IMG/VR virus record: IMGVR_UViG_3300025890_000018
Length of the DNA stretch: 64,000 nt
Reading direction: 5' to 3' (one strand)
DNA from: a virus
The position numbers were made by a program, and so were the translations under genes. Shown here in pieces: positions 42,590-51,194 of the stretch (the stretch's first letter is position 1; every line of letters starts with the position of its first letter). Under the pieces are notes generated by a model. The model made no database searches. It was not told where the DNA came from and worked only from the letters and a program-made list of their open reading frames with translations.

Positions 42590-45058
42590 ATGTCTTCTAT
42601 TAATAGAAAAATGGCAAATCTCATAACGAGTACTGGAGATGTTGCAAGCTCTGCTCTAGACAATGCCGCTAGTATGTCAGTATTTAGTTCCGTTGACTCA
42701 TTACCTGTTAGCGGTTTATCTGCTGGAGATCAGGCTTTAGTTGGAACAAGACTTTACATTTCAAATGGTTCTGGTTGGTATAACGTAGCTCTTATTAATG
42801 CCACTCCAACATTAACTGTATCTCCTAGTGGCACAATTTCTCTAGCAACTGACGGTGCCACTGCAACGACTGTAACTTTAACTGCCGCCGACTCTGATAA
42901 CAGTGATGCTAATCTTGTATTGACTGCAGAATCTGGTGGTGACTTCTTTAAGATGGCTACGGTATCTCGGGATTCTTCGGTGTTTACTATTACTCCAAGA
43001 TCTAAAGATTCAGCAACATCGCTTGGTGATGATGGAACATCTACGCTTACATTCAAAGCTTCAGATGGAATATCATTTGGTAGTAACCAAGTAACATTTA
43101 CATTATCATTCAGTATTGCAAACTCTAAATACACAACGTTATTGTCAAAAGCAGATGCTGCTAGTACAGATGACCAAGTTGATGCAGGTCCAACCACACA
43201 TGCTATTACCGAAACTGGTCCCATAACCTCAACTGCGCTTTCACCATATCATCCGGGTGGTTATAGCACTTATATTGATGGAACTAATGATTGGTTAGTT
43301 GCTGATCTTGGCACAAATATTGGAACTTCAGATTTTACAATAGAAGGCTGGGTAAAATCGGATGTAAATGCGCATCATGGTATTCTTCAAATATCCGGCG
43401 ATACTGCTGGATATTTAGCAACAGGTTATGGAAATACATTAGCACTACTTTTTCAGTCGGGTTACGGTTGGCAGATATACGGTAGAGGTGGCGCGACAAA
43501 CTCTGGTGGTCCATCTGCAATAACTGTAAATCAGTGGTATCATTTTGCTTACGTAAAAACCGGAGGAAACGCTAAATTATATATTGATGGTGTACAAGTT
43601 ATTACTGCAGCTGATACAACTAATTACGCTGTTAGATATATTTCAATTGGCAGAGTTTATAATGCAAACTTTGATTGGACGGGACACATTAGAGATGTTA
43701 GAGTTGTAGTAGGAACTGCCGTTTATACAAGTAGCTTTACACCACCAACTGAGCCATTAACTGCAATAACAAATACTAAATTACTTACATGTCATTTACC
43801 ATATTTTGGTGACGGTTCTGCTGATTCTCGAGCCATTACTGTAAATGGCCATCCACCAAACGAACGAATAAGTCCTTATGATTATTTGGGATACAGTAAG
43901 TCTTCTCATGCAGGATCTGTATACTTTGATGATGCTGCCAATACTCATATGGTCACTGGGCCCAATAATCACGCTGACTTTGGATTTGGCACCGGTGATT
44001 GGACAGTTGAGATGTGGATCTGGGTTCCATCTGGTTATACACAAGCAAATAATTATATTATTGATATCGGCTCGAATGGACTAATTTTCCGTATTGTAAA
44101 TAATAAATTTACTTATACAAACTCAACTTTAGGATTTGGCGGTAATTTATATAATACTGGTGCAGACTTTACAAATGATTCGTGGCATCACATGGCTGTA
44201 TGTAGAATTAGCGGCACAGTAAAAATGTACATGAATGGAAAAGAAACTGCTAGTGAAACAGACACTCACAGCTCTTCTTCTACAAAGGTTGCTTTTGGTC
44301 GATACGGCGGTAGTGTTGCCTATCAGTATACTGGTTATGTGTCTGACTTGAGAATTGTTAAGGGTACCGGTGTTTATACTAGTAATTTTACTCCACCAAC
44401 TGAGCCATTAACTGCAATAACAAATACTGTATTACTTACATGTACAAATAAAAATGATATTTGGGAACAAGCTGATGGTAAGCCATTTACTAAAGTATCT
44501 GGCGGACCTACTGTAAGTAATACACAAAGAAAATTTACTACTTCTTCCGCTTTATATTTTGCCGGTACTAGTAACACTTACCTTTTAAAAGATCTTGGTG
44601 AAACAATAGGAACAAGAGATTTTACCGCTGAAGCTTGGGTTTATCCTACGACAACCGGCGCGCAGCATGTGTTTCAGATTTCAAACCAAAGTGTTGGCTA
44701 TCAATCAATAACTTCTCAAAACACGCAAGTTGGAATTGGAATGAACGGCGGGTTTTGGCGATATGGGACCACGGGTTGGAATTTTGGTTATGTACATACA
44801 ACAACTGCTGTAGTGGTTAATACATGGCATCACGTTGCTTATGTTAGAACTGGTGGTTATTCAAAACTATATCTAAATGGAACTGAAATTCATTCTAATG
44901 CTGATACATCTAATTATAGTGCCAGATATTTAGCATATGGTGTTGGACATCAATCTAATAATGTTTGGAATGGTTATACACAAGGTCTTAGAATTGCTAT
45001 AGGTTATGCTAGGTACACTGGTGCATTTACACCTCCAACTACAGAATTTGCAGGATAG
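42590..45058 (+). CDS. Fibre-like structural protein (paralog 4) with three LamG/concanavalin-like lectin modules
   Basis: It has the shared N-terminal module, then three modules of the type 'DFT-x-E-x-W-V...W-H-H/F-x-A-Y/V-x-x-x-G-x-x-K-L/M-Y-x-N/D-G', the Laminin_G_3 pattern. Each ends in 'Y/FT-x-x-FTPPT'. Confidence 0.65.
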   Translation: MSSINRKMANLITSTGDVASSALDNAASMSVFSSVDSLPVSGLSAGDQALVGTRLYISNGSGWYNVALINATPTLTVSPSGTISLATDGATATTVTLTAADSDNSDANLVLTAESGGDFFKMATVSRDSSVFTITPRSKDSATSLGDDGTSTLTFKASDGISFGSNQVTFTLSFSIANSKYTTLLSKADAASTDDQVDAGPTTHAITETGPITSTALSPYHPGGYSTYIDGTNDWLVADLGTNIGTSDFTIEGWVKSDVNAHHGILQISGDTAGYLATGYGNTLALLFQSGYGWQIYGRGGATNSGGPSAITVNQWYHFAYVKTGGNAKLYIDGVQVITAADTTNYAVRYISIGRVYNANFDWTGHIRDVRVVVGTAVYTSSFTPPTEPLTAITNTKLLTCHLPYFGDGSADSRAITVNGHPPNERISPYDYLGYSKSSHAGSVYFDDAANTHMVTGPNNHADFGFGTGDWTVEMWIWVPSGYTQANNYIIDIGSNGLIFRIVNNKFTYTNSTLGFGGNLYNTGADFTNDSWHHMAVCRISGTVKMYMNGKETASETDTHSSSSTKVAFGRYGGSVAYQYTGYVSDLRIVKGTGVYTSNFTPPTEPLTAITNTVLLTCTNKNDIWEQADGKPFTKVSGGPTVSNTQRKFTTSSALYFAGTSNTYLLKDLGETIGTRDFTAEAWVYPTTTGAQHVFQISNQSVGYQSITSQNTQVGIGMNGGFWRYGTTGWNFGYVHTTTAVVVNTWHHVAYVRTGGYSKLYLNGTEIHSNADTSNYSARYLAYGVGHQSNNVWNGYTQGLRIAIGYARYTGAFTPPTTEFAG
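43742..43792 (+). repeat. Direct repeat copy 1 inside the LamG fibre gene
   Basis: CCACCAACTGAGCCATTAACTGCAATAACAAATACT-nn-ATTACTTACATGT differs from the copy at 44393..44443 at only 2 positions. The two copies are 651 nt (217 codons) apart. Confidence 0.9.
44393..44443 (+). repeat. Direct repeat copy 2 inside the LamG fibre gene
   Basis: See 43742..43792. Confidence 0.9.
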
Positions 45059-45064
45059 AAAAAA

Positions 45065-46240
45065 ATGAGTAGATCAAGAGATATCTCACAAATACTTGGT
45101 AAGACAGATGCTACCAATGTAAATAATCACCCTCTACTAGACACTTCTGCTGCAGTGGATTCTGCAGAAGTCGTAACATTAATTACAGCACACAGTAGCA
45201 ATTTAGATTCTGCAGATATACAAATAATTTCAGCACCATTAACTAATAGAAACCTTATTATAAATGGTGCGATGAACGTGGCGCAACGCGCAACCTCAGT
45301 GGCTGACATGGGTGGGTCTGGTGGATATATCACTGTGGACAGGTTTAGAATAGACACAAACGGTGCTTCCGCTGGAAGATTTACCATGACACAAACAGCG
45401 GATGGCCCTAGTGGCTTTGCTAATTGCACAAAACTTGATGTCACAACTGCCGATACATCTATAGCTGCTGGCGAAAGACTTTTTCTTCAACAGAACATAG
45501 AAGGTCAAAACTTACAGAGGGTTGCAAAAGGCACATCTGATGCACAGAGTTTAACTTTAAGTTTTTATGTAAAGGGAAATGCTGCTGCCACTTATGTAGC
45601 AGGGTTCTACGATAATGATAACAACAGGCAAGTTAGTAAACAATTTGCAGTAACAACATCATGGAATAGAATAACACTAACCTTTCCCCCAGATACAACA
45701 GGGGCGTTAGATGACGACAATGCTGCAAGTTTGCAATTAAGATTTTATCTTCATGCGGGTTCTAATTACACAAGCGGAACTATATCTGAGACATGGATTG
45801 CGGCTGATGGAACTAAGAGTGTAGGTAGCGGAACTACCTCTATTTTTGATAGCACAGACCGTACATTTTTTATCACAGGCATTCAGCTTGAAGTTGGCGA
45901 ACAGGCCACGCCGTTTGAACACCGCAGCTATGCCGATGAGTTGATACAGTGTCAGAGGTATTATCAATCAATAGACTATTATTGGGCCACAGGTACTTCA
46001 TCATTAAACGTACATTATTACACGCCTTTTCCTTTTCCAATAACGATGAGAGCGACCCCAACAATGACAGCAAGTGCTTATCAGCAGAATGATGGAAACG
46101 CTACGACAAGATACAATACAACAGTAGTTAATGGGTGGATTATGCACACAGCAAGCAAGACAAGTTGTTTTATGCGTGGTAACCACGGCAACATTTACAA
46201 CATTATGAGTGGTCGTGGAAAATTTGAAGCGGAGTTATAA
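45065..46240 (+). CDS. Fibre-like structural protein (paralog 5) with a distinct C-terminal domain
   Basis: The N-terminus MSRSRDISQILGKTDATNVNN is shared with paralogs 1 and 2. The remainder is unrelated to the propeller or LamG modules. Confidence 0.55.
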   Translation: MSRSRDISQILGKTDATNVNNHPLLDTSAAVDSAEVVTLITAHSSNLDSADIQIISAPLTNRNLIINGAMNVAQRATSVADMGGSGGYITVDRFRIDTNGASAGRFTMTQTADGPSGFANCTKLDVTTADTSIAAGERLFLQQNIEGQNLQRVAKGTSDAQSLTLSFYVKGNAAATYVAGFYDNDNNRQVSKQFAVTTSWNRITLTFPPDTTGALDDDNAASLQLRFYLHAGSNYTSGTISETWIAADGTKSVGSGTTSIFDSTDRTFFITGIQLEVGEQATPFEHRSYADELIQCQRYYQSIDYYWATGTSSLNVHYYTPFPFPITMRATPTMTASAYQQNDGNATTRYNTTVVNGWIMHTASKTSCFMRGNHGNIYNIMSGRGKFEAEL

Positions 46241-46242
46241 AA

Positions 46243-46413
46243 ATGAATATTACATCAGCACAATACATTGCATTAGATAGCGTTAATGAAAGCATCATAG
46301 CCACCATTGACGGCACAGAAATGCAAGTTCCAATTGACGCAGCCAACCGCCACTACGCAGAAATCCTGCGTCAGGTAGACGCTGGTACTCTAACCATTGC
46401 AGATGCTGACTAA
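46243..46413 (+). CDS. Small hypothetical protein (56 aa)
   Basis: Below the track cutoff. It fills the gap, and its stop overlaps the next start (TAATG at 46411..46415). Confidence 0.4.
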   Translation: MNITSAQYIALDSVNESIIATIDGTEMQVPIDAANRHYAEILRQVDAGTLTIADAD

Positions 46414-46916
46414 TGCTTAGAATATACATTTTAATATTTGTTATGGCGATCATTGGTGCTGTTGCGTATGGTGCTAAATACTATTATGACACTACACAAA
46501 ACAAGATTGCGATCCTTACTGAAAATAATGCACAACTCGAAGTTGCAATACAGACAGCATCCGCGAGTTTAGATGCAGCAATCGAAAATCAAGAAAAATT
46601 AGGAGCACTCAATAAATCTCTACAAGTAGATTTACAAAAGGCTGAACAATACGGAGATAGTCTCCGTGATAAATTACAACAACTCAATCTAGTCAAAGAT
46701 GCACTGACTGATGCAAAAGACTTAGAAGGTAGAATGAATGGTGCAACTGCTAAAATCTGGCGTGAGATTACTACCGATACCGGTGGCGATGGTGGCCGTC
46801 CTATTCCTAACTGGCTGCAGCAGTCTAAGGCTGCCAGCGGAAGTGAAGACGGTAACCAAGATCGAAAAAGTAACGATACCGACGGTAGCACGACCGAAGC
46901 CAGTACAACTCAATGA
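46413..46916 (+). CDS. i-spanin-like protein (N-terminal transmembrane helix plus coiled coil)
   Basis: 'IYILIFVMAIIGAVAYGA' is a transmembrane helix, followed by heptad-rich periplasmic sequence. A lipoprotein ORF is embedded out of frame in its 3' third. Confidence 0.6.
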   Translation: MLRIYILIFVMAIIGAVAYGAKYYYDTTQNKIAILTENNAQLEVAIQTASASLDAAIENQEKLGALNKSLQVDLQKAEQYGDSLRDKLQQLNLVKDALTDAKDLEGRMNGATAKIWREITTDTGGDGGRPIPNWLQQSKAASGSEDGNQDRKSNDTDGSTTEASTTQ

Positions 46917-47130
46917 TGTTCGAGTTTACGTAGTAAACGAAGAGATCTATGAAGAATTCGTACAAGAGTTTACCGAAGAAAATGGTGAGCTTGCTTTTGT
47001 TGCTTTATCAATGAAAGACTATGAAAACTTAGCTCTTAATATTGCAGAGCTTCGAAGATATATTAACCAACAAAAAAATATTATTGTATATTACGAAGAA
47101 GCTGTAACAGATAAGGAGAAAGAAGAATGA
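46738..47130 (+). CDS. o-spanin-like lipoprotein, overlapped with the i-spanin gene
   Basis: The signal peptide with lipobox 'VLFLTGC' is followed by the Pro-rich 'IPTVARPKPVQL'. It starts inside the i-spanin gene in another frame and extends beyond it, the overlapped spanin architecture. Confidence 0.55.
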   Translation: MVQLLKSGVRLLPIPVAMVAVLFLTGCSSLRLPAEVKTVTKIEKVTIPTVARPKPVQLNDVRVYVVNEEIYEEFVQEFTEENGELAFVALSMKDYENLALNIAELRRYINQQKNIIVYYEEAVTDKEKEE

Positions 47131-47753
47131 TGTCTTTCATTATAGAACAACTTATAACATGGTGGCAGTTTACCGTAGTCGGTATTCTTATCATTATTGG
47201 ATGGATAATTAATAGACTTGGTGTAGACCAAGACGAAGAGCTTATTGGATTCGAATATAATGTAATGCCAAAGCTAAGGCCGATTCCTATACCAACAGCC
47301 GGCAAAGGTTTCTGGGGTGCAATATGGATGTGGTTGATGGGTACACGTCATTGGGAAGTTGCTGATGACTGGGCATTTAGGATTGGAGGCGAAGGATATA
47401 TAATACCACAAGGATTCCAATTTGATGGTGCATCAATTCCAAAATTTTTACATACATGGTTATCACCAACAGGAGTTTTATTGATGGGTGGTCTTGTACA
47501 TGACTATGCATATAAGTACGAAACTCTACTACGATCTGGTCAAAAAGAAACAATGGGAGTGATTGATCAGAAGAAGGCCGATGAAATATTTAGAGATATT
47601 AACATCGAGCAAAATGGTTTCCATTTCCTTAACAACCTTGCTTATTGGGCACTACGTATTGGTGGCTTTATGGCATGGAATGGACACCGTAAACGTAACT
47701 GTAAAATCGAAGGACTTAATGAGTTTAACGAAAAAAAATTGTTAGGAGAGTAG
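47127..47753 (+). CDS. Membrane-anchored DUF1353-domain protein
   Basis: N-terminal transmembrane helix 'WWQFTVVGILIIIGWII'. 'GFQFDGASIPKFLHTWL...GGLVHDYAYKY' matches the DUF1353 signature. ATGA overlap with the o-spanin gene. Confidence 0.6.
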   Translation: MMSFIIEQLITWWQFTVVGILIIIGWIINRLGVDQDEELIGFEYNVMPKLRPIPIPTAGKGFWGAIWMWLMGTRHWEVADDWAFRIGGEGYIIPQGFQFDGASIPKFLHTWLSPTGVLLMGGLVHDYAYKYETLLRSGQKETMGVIDQKKADEIFRDINIEQNGFHFLNNLAYWALRIGGFMAWNGHRKRNCKIEGLNEFNEKKLLGE

Positions 47754-47754
47754 C

Positions 47755-47916
47755 ATGACAAGTTGGATAAATAACAGAGTAGCAGAAAGAACATCATGGG
47801 ACGGCGCAGCACTTATTGCTATAGGTGTTGTAATTTTATTTGCCGGACCTTTTGCAAAAATCGCAGCATACGCAGCTATAGCTTATGGTGCATGGACAAT
47901 TTGGAAATCGGAGTAA
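47755..47916 (+). CDS. Small two-helix membrane protein (53 aa), holin-class candidate
   Basis: Below the track cutoff. GGAGAG precedes ATG 47755. 'GAALIAIGVVILFAGPFAKIAAYAAIAYGAWTIW' is hydrophobic. Confidence 0.4.
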   Translation: MTSWINNRVAERTSWDGAALIAIGVVILFAGPFAKIAAYAAIAYGAWTIWKSE

Positions 47917-47925
47917 AACTTAAAA

Positions 47926-48144
47926 ATGATAATTGATACACAAAGAGATGATATGTTAGATGCGGTTGAGCATTATGCAACTGGTAACATTGCGATTCAT
48001 AAAATGAATGTTGAAGTATACCTTTCTAATCCTGCTGGTATTGGAGAGCACTCAGATGTTACTGAAGCAGTAGTAGCTGAAATGGAAAAAATTGCTCGTT
48101 GGCAGGATGTAGTAGATACTATTAACGAACACTTTCGCAAATAA
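47926..48144 (+). CDS. Hypothetical protein
   Basis: A 72-aa acidic ORF. Confidence 0.45.
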   Translation: MIIDTQRDDMLDAVEHYATGNIAIHKMNVEVYLSNPAGIGEHSDVTEAVVAEMEKIARWQDVVDTINEHFRK

Positions 48145-48192
48145 AAAGAAAATATTTTTACCAAAACGCAGTCTTTACGGCCATTTTAAGGG

Positions 48193-48221
48193 TTTACAAA
48201 GATTGCGTTTTGATATATAAT
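48193..48221 (+). promoter_or_regulatory. Sigma70-type promoter upstream of the RNR gene
   Basis: -35 TTTACA (48193..48198), 17-nt spacer, TATAAT (48216..48221). It is embedded in a 14-bp-stem inverted repeat (48163..48176 / 48198..48211). Confidence 0.55.
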
Positions 48222-48262
48222 AGTACCAATAAATTAAATCAGCTATATGTTAGGACAGAGGT

Positions 48263-50482
48263 ATGCAAACACCGTTTGTAGACACCAGAGAGTTTTTATC
48301 GCAAACTAAATTTTACGAAGGATACTCTCGGTTTAAAGAGACCGGTAACGGCGGTTATGAGTCATGGGATGAATCGGTAGATCGAGTTATTACCATGCAT
48401 GAAGAAAATTATAATGAAGCTGTAGACAAATTGCACCCGTATTTGCAAGAAGCTCGTACTGCTTATAAAGAGCAAAGAGTACTAGGCGCTCAACGAGCTT
48501 TACAGTTTGGTGGTGAACAACTACTTAAGCATCAAATGCGTATGTATAATTGCACATCATCTTATGCTGATCGTGCAGAATTCTTTGGTGAGTTCTTTTA
48601 TATTTTATTGTGTGGTGCTGGTGCTGGATTCTCTGTACAACAACATCACGTAGCTAAATTTCCGGAAATTCAAACAAGGACTAAGCAAGCCAAAGGTTAT
48701 ATTGTAGAAGACTCTATTGAAGGTTGGGCTTCAGCTCTCGACGTGTTGATGTCTTCTTACTTTGTATCCGGTGGTAAGTTCCCAGAGTATGAAGGCCGTA
48801 GAGTATTTTTTGATCTAACTAATATTAGACCAAAAGGTGCTAAAATCTCAGGTGGATTTAAAGCTCCAGGGCCAGAAGGTTTACGTAAAGCATTGGATAA
48901 GATTGAACTCTTATTGCAAAATCAAGTTATTGATTCAAAAGAACCTGTTAAACTAAAACCAATTACTGTATACGACATTTGCATGCATGCGGCTGATGCA
49001 GTATTATCTGGTGGTGTTCGTCGTTCAGCTACTATTTGTTTGTTCTCACCAGAAGATGATGAGATGATGAATGCAAAAACCGGTAACTGGTTTATGGATA
49101 ATGCTCAACGCGGTAGATCTAATAACTCAGCAGTAATTGTTCGTGATGAAGCAACTCCTGAAATGTTTGCTAAGATTATGGAATCAGTAAAATCGTTTGG
49201 TGAGCCGGGATTCTACTTTACAACTTCAAAAGAACACACTACAAACCCTTGTGTTGAGATTGGAATGTATCCACAATACGAAGGTGAGTCCGGTTGGCAA
49301 GGTTGTAACCTTACAGAGATCAATGGTGGTCTATGTAAAACTCCTGAAGATTTCTATACAGCATGTCGTGCAGGTGCTATCCTTGGTACACTACAGGCAG
49401 GTTATACAGACTTTAAGTTTCTTTCTCCAGTATCTAAAAAGATCTTTGATCGTGAAGCATTATTGGGTGTATCAGTTACTGGTTGGATGAACAATCCTGA
49501 AGTACTCTTTGATGCTAAGGTTCTTGAAAAAGGAGCTAAAATTGTTAAGAAAATTAATAGAGAGGTTGCTGCTATCATTGGCATTAATCCTGCTGCTCGG
49601 ACTACATGTGTTAAACCAAGCGGTAACGCAAGCGTCCTCTTACAAACAGCAAGTGGCATCCACGCCGAACATTCCCCGATGTACATCCGTAACATCCAAA
49701 TGAATAAAGAATCTGAAATTACGCAATCGATTATCAAATCAAATCCGTATATGGTTGAAGAATCAGTATGGTCTGCTAATGGTACTGATGTAGTAATTTC
49801 ATATCCTATTGTACCACATAAAGGTTCAATGTATAAGGATGATCTTATTGGTGTTAAACATCTTGAGCTTGTTAAGAAAGCTCAAAAGCATTGGGTTATT
49901 GCCGGTACAAATGAAGAGCTATGTGCTGATGAAGGTATCCGTCATAACGTATCAAATACAATTATTGTAGATGATTGGGATGAAGTAGAAAAATATGTAT
50001 TTGAGAATCGGTATTCTTTCTCAGGTATTTCATTCCTTAGTATGTCAGGTGATAAAGATTACAATCAAGCACCGAACACCGCGGTGATTGATGAAAAGCA
50101 AATGGTAAAGCTATATGGAGCTGCATCAATCTTTGCATCAGGATTAGTAGTAGATGCTATGAAAGTATTCCCTAACTTGTGGGATGCTTGTGCTACTGCT
50201 CAAGGAATGGGTATGGATATTAGTCTTGAATCTTCAGAAAATTCTGCAAGGCAAGATTGGGTCCGCCGGTTTGAAAACTTTGCAAATAACTATCTCAAAG
50301 GTGATATTAAGAAGACTGAATATTGTTTGAAAGATGCTTATCTCATGCATAAATGGAATAAGATCCAACAGTATCTAGTAATGCCAAATTGGAATGAAGA
50401 TTTGACAGAACAGGTATTTACTGATGTTGATACTATGGGTGCTGCCGCATGCGCCGGCGGAGCCTGTGAAATTGACTTCTAG
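48263..50482 (+). CDS. nrdJ: Class II (adenosylcobalamin-dependent) ribonucleotide reductase
   Basis: A 739-aa single chain. 'NPCVEIGM' contains the catalytic Cys region and 'CNLTEING' is present. The C-terminal Cys pair 'AAACAGGACEIDF' is typical of the reductant-interacting tail. Confidence 0.8.
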   Translation: MQTPFVDTREFLSQTKFYEGYSRFKETGNGGYESWDESVDRVITMHEENYNEAVDKLHPYLQEARTAYKEQRVLGAQRALQFGGEQLLKHQMRMYNCTSSYADRAEFFGEFFYILLCGAGAGFSVQQHHVAKFPEIQTRTKQAKGYIVEDSIEGWASALDVLMSSYFVSGGKFPEYEGRRVFFDLTNIRPKGAKISGGFKAPGPEGLRKALDKIELLLQNQVIDSKEPVKLKPITVYDICMHAADAVLSGGVRRSATICLFSPEDDEMMNAKTGNWFMDNAQRGRSNNSAVIVRDEATPEMFAKIMESVKSFGEPGFYFTTSKEHTTNPCVEIGMYPQYEGESGWQGCNLTEINGGLCKTPEDFYTACRAGAILGTLQAGYTDFKFLSPVSKKIFDREALLGVSVTGWMNNPEVLFDAKVLEKGAKIVKKINREVAAIIGINPAARTTCVKPSGNASVLLQTASGIHAEHSPMYIRNIQMNKESEITQSIIKSNPYMVEESVWSANGTDVVISYPIVPHKGSMYKDDLIGVKHLELVKKAQKHWVIAGTNEELCADEGIRHNVSNTIIVDDWDEVEKYVFENRYSFSGISFLSMSGDKDYNQAPNTAVIDEKQMVKLYGAASIFASGLVVDAMKVFPNLWDACATAQGMGMDISLESSENSARQDWVRRFENFANNYLKGDIKKTEYCLKDAYLMHKWNKIQQYLVMPNWNEDLTEQVFTDVDTMGAAACAGGACEIDF

Positions 50483-50624
50483 TCCATGCATTCAAATCTG
50501 TACAATTGTTGATGACTACTGTATCGGTTGTGATAGACACAAGGATGAAATAACCGAGTGGCTTACCGCGACCGATAAAAGAAAAATAGAAATCCTAGAA
50601 AGGATTGAACGTGATCGAACATAA
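50424..50624 (+). CDS. DUF1289-like small Cys-rich protein
   Basis: 'SPCIQICTIVDDYCIGCDRHKDEITEWL' matches the DUF1289 pattern (SPC-x-x-x-C...C-x-G-C-x-R-x-x-x-E-I-x-x-W). The start is uncertain: ATG 50424 overlaps nrdJ by 59 nt, while GTG 50466 or TTG 50472 are plausible. Confidence 0.5.
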   Translation: MLILWVLPHAPAEPVKLTSSPCIQICTIVDDYCIGCDRHKDEITEWLTATDKRKIEILERIERDRT

Positions 50625-50757
50625 AATTGAATGTGAAGAATGCGAAAACACCTCGTTTGTATCAAGCTATGAAGAACCAATGTATTGTCCGGTCTGCGGT
50701 AGAAGAGCAGTAATTCAATTAGTAAAGGAAGATGATGACTATTGGGAAGATGAATAA
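50611..50757 (+). CDS. Small zinc-ribbon protein (48 aa)
   Basis: Below the track cutoff, with a GTG start. 'CEECEN...(17 aa)...CPVCG' gives two CxxC pairs. Confidence 0.4.
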   Translation: MIEHKIECEECENTSFVSSYEEPMYCPVCGRRAVIQLVKEDDDYWEDE

Positions 50758-50765
50758 ATACATGT

Positions 50766-51194
50766 ATGTGGTATTATAAAAATGAACAATATGAATATAC
50801 TCCCGAAGAGTTCCAAGGATTTGTTTATCTCATCACAGAACTGGATACAGATAAGAAATATATCGGTAAAAAGAACTTCTGGAGGCCTAAGACATTACCA
50901 AAGAATTCAAAAAGAACTAGAAGGGTCAAGACAAGAGTTGAGTCTGACTGGAAATCATATTATGGATCAAATAAAGAAGTTCAAATTCTCGTTGAACGAA
51001 AAGGGACAAGTAACTACAAAAGACAAATACTAAGATTATGTACTACTAAAGGCGAAATGTCTTATTACGAAGCCAAATTACAATTCGAACATGATGTGTT
51101 ATTAAGTGATGAGTATTACAACGAGTTTATTGGATGTAAGATTCACTCAAAACACATAAGGAAAAAATCATGTTCGAATATAGATGCAACGTAA
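50766..51194 (+). CDS. GIY-YIG-family nuclease (free-standing homing-endonuclease candidate)
   Basis: 'GFVYLITELDTDKKYIGKK' gives GIY-(10 residues)-YIG spacing with downstream Arg residues. It lies directly downstream of the RNR gene. Confidence 0.55.
   Translation: MWYYKNEQYEYTPEEFQGFVYLITELDTDKKYIGKKNFWRPKTLPKNSKRTRRVKTRVESDWKSYYGSNKEVQILVERKGTSNYKRQILRLCTTKGEMSYYEAKLQFEHDVLLSDEYYNEFIGCKIHSKHIRKKSCSNIDAT

Noticed and set aside
21943-46240. Diversity-generating retroelement acting on the repeated fibre genes.
   Set aside because: No reverse transcriptase ORF and no template/variable repeat pair with adenine-specific differences is visible. The repeats are explained by paralogy and blade duplication.
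48145-48262. Possible cobalamin riboswitch upstream of the B12-dependent RNR.
   Set aside because: The leader from the predicted start (about 48228) to ATG 48263 is only about 35 nt, and the whole gap is 118 nt. That is far too short for a cobalamin riboswitch, and I see no B12-box-like sequence.
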